64,000 nucleotides of DNA from NCBI GenBank assembly GCA_964199315.1, contig OZ116701.1:2914001-2978000 (forward strand), in the 5' to 3' direction. Shown piece by piece: positions 62,889-64,000 of the stretch. Every line of letters begins with the position of its first letter. Position 1 is the first letter of the stretch. A program made the translations under genes and the position numbers. The stretch is from Orbicella franksi. Its lineage: Eukaryota. The notes under the pieces were generated by a model, which was not told where the DNA came from, ran no database searches, and saw nothing but the letters and a program-made list of their open reading frames with translations.

Positions 62889-64000
62889 AACCAGTGCAAC
62901 AAAATGTCCTCAGACACTGACGTTCCGCTCAAATGAGCACATTGCCAATTCTGTTTATCAACGAAAAGAACAAAGTACAATGATTAATGAATATAAGCCT
63001 TACTACGGTAGTTTTACATAGCGAGTTAACTCAAAGATAAGTAAAGTGATACATCTAAAATTAATTTTCTCAGAACTTAGGAAATTTGCGTAAGTGCTTA
63101 ATGGGTTGATTACACTGTTTCAGCCTTCTAGAGCACTAGAATCATTTTATAGACTGACTTGTTTGTGAAACAATCAACTGTGCAAATATCGATTAAGAAG
63201 TAATCGATTACTATCTTTGTACAAATTCATGATCATAGTTAACGGAAGGAACAGTATTGGAACGTAAATTTGAATTCTTTTCCGGATTCAACCCTTTTAA
63301 CTGACTTCATCAGTTATATAAACTCACTTTCTAATTCGTGCCAAGCGAATTAGAAATATACGTTATGGTTGGCGGTACATGACAAATTTCAAACAAAGTT
63401 CAACGTCTCTGTTTTCTCACCTCTCTTACTGAAACATCTGCCTAAAATTCTGTAGCACCAGCAAGTTACTGAATGCTCAAACTGAATAGTTAACATCCAG
63501 GCTAACTTTAAGTTCACTTTGCCAAGTTCATTGATCGACTTTGAAACAATCTTTAGAGCGAATAAATTGTTTATTACTTTTTGGATTGACCAATGAACAA
63601 GTTAGAATGCTCGGGGACAATAGTGGGTCCCTCCGTGAGCCCACCCTGTTTATAACAAAGCAGTAAAACAAAGCAGTTGATGGTGGCCCATTACTTTGCT
63701 CATGCCATACATATTTTCTTGTTTCTGTAATGCGCGCGAAATCGATTGTGAGTTAACAAATTTGGTGTACATCGGTTGAAAGATGTGCCTCAGAAAAATT
63801 ACAAACTGGCTTTTCAGGATCATTACACAAATAATTGCTCATTTAGTGCGAAAGTGACGAAACGTAATGGGAAGTTAACGGAGTGCTTTGTCGCCGACGA
63901 AGCACGTTATTCAGTCGAGTTTTTGTTTGCACATTTTATCCCAGAAAAATTGTGTCACCTTTAGGGATGTTAAGCTTTTTCACTCCTTTCAGTTTATCTG

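Overview
AT-rich, intron-containing animal genomic DNA, most likely an anthozoan such as a stony coral (inferred from gene and repeat style, not proven). I reconstructed seven spliced genes by hand with phase-consistent GT-AG junctions: two tandem calmodulin-like genes on the minus strand (A 1280-7894; B 12426-19114, apparently with two alternative N-termini), a steroid-sulfatase-family gene whose catalytic residues are all substituted although the ORF is intact (19906-23540, +), two tandem SLC46/PCFT-family MFS transporters (25388-29892 and 34129-39575, -), FRG1 (39686-43217, +) and a ~4470-aa sacsin with a 13-kb exon (46103-62888, -). Introns and intergenic DNA hold tRNA-derived SINEs, Harbinger-like and other MITEs, Penelope and L2/CR1 fragments, a GGAAT-type purine satellite, a 22-bp minisatellite and microsatellites. 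The most interesting observations are the putative membrane pseudosulfatase with a possible upstream microprotein exon, a sacsin HEPN domain that keeps prokaryote-like motifs plus an Rx4H, a gene-conversion tract between the SLC46 paralogs, and alternative first exons on calmodulin-like gene B. All exon coordinates are manual; no database search was run.
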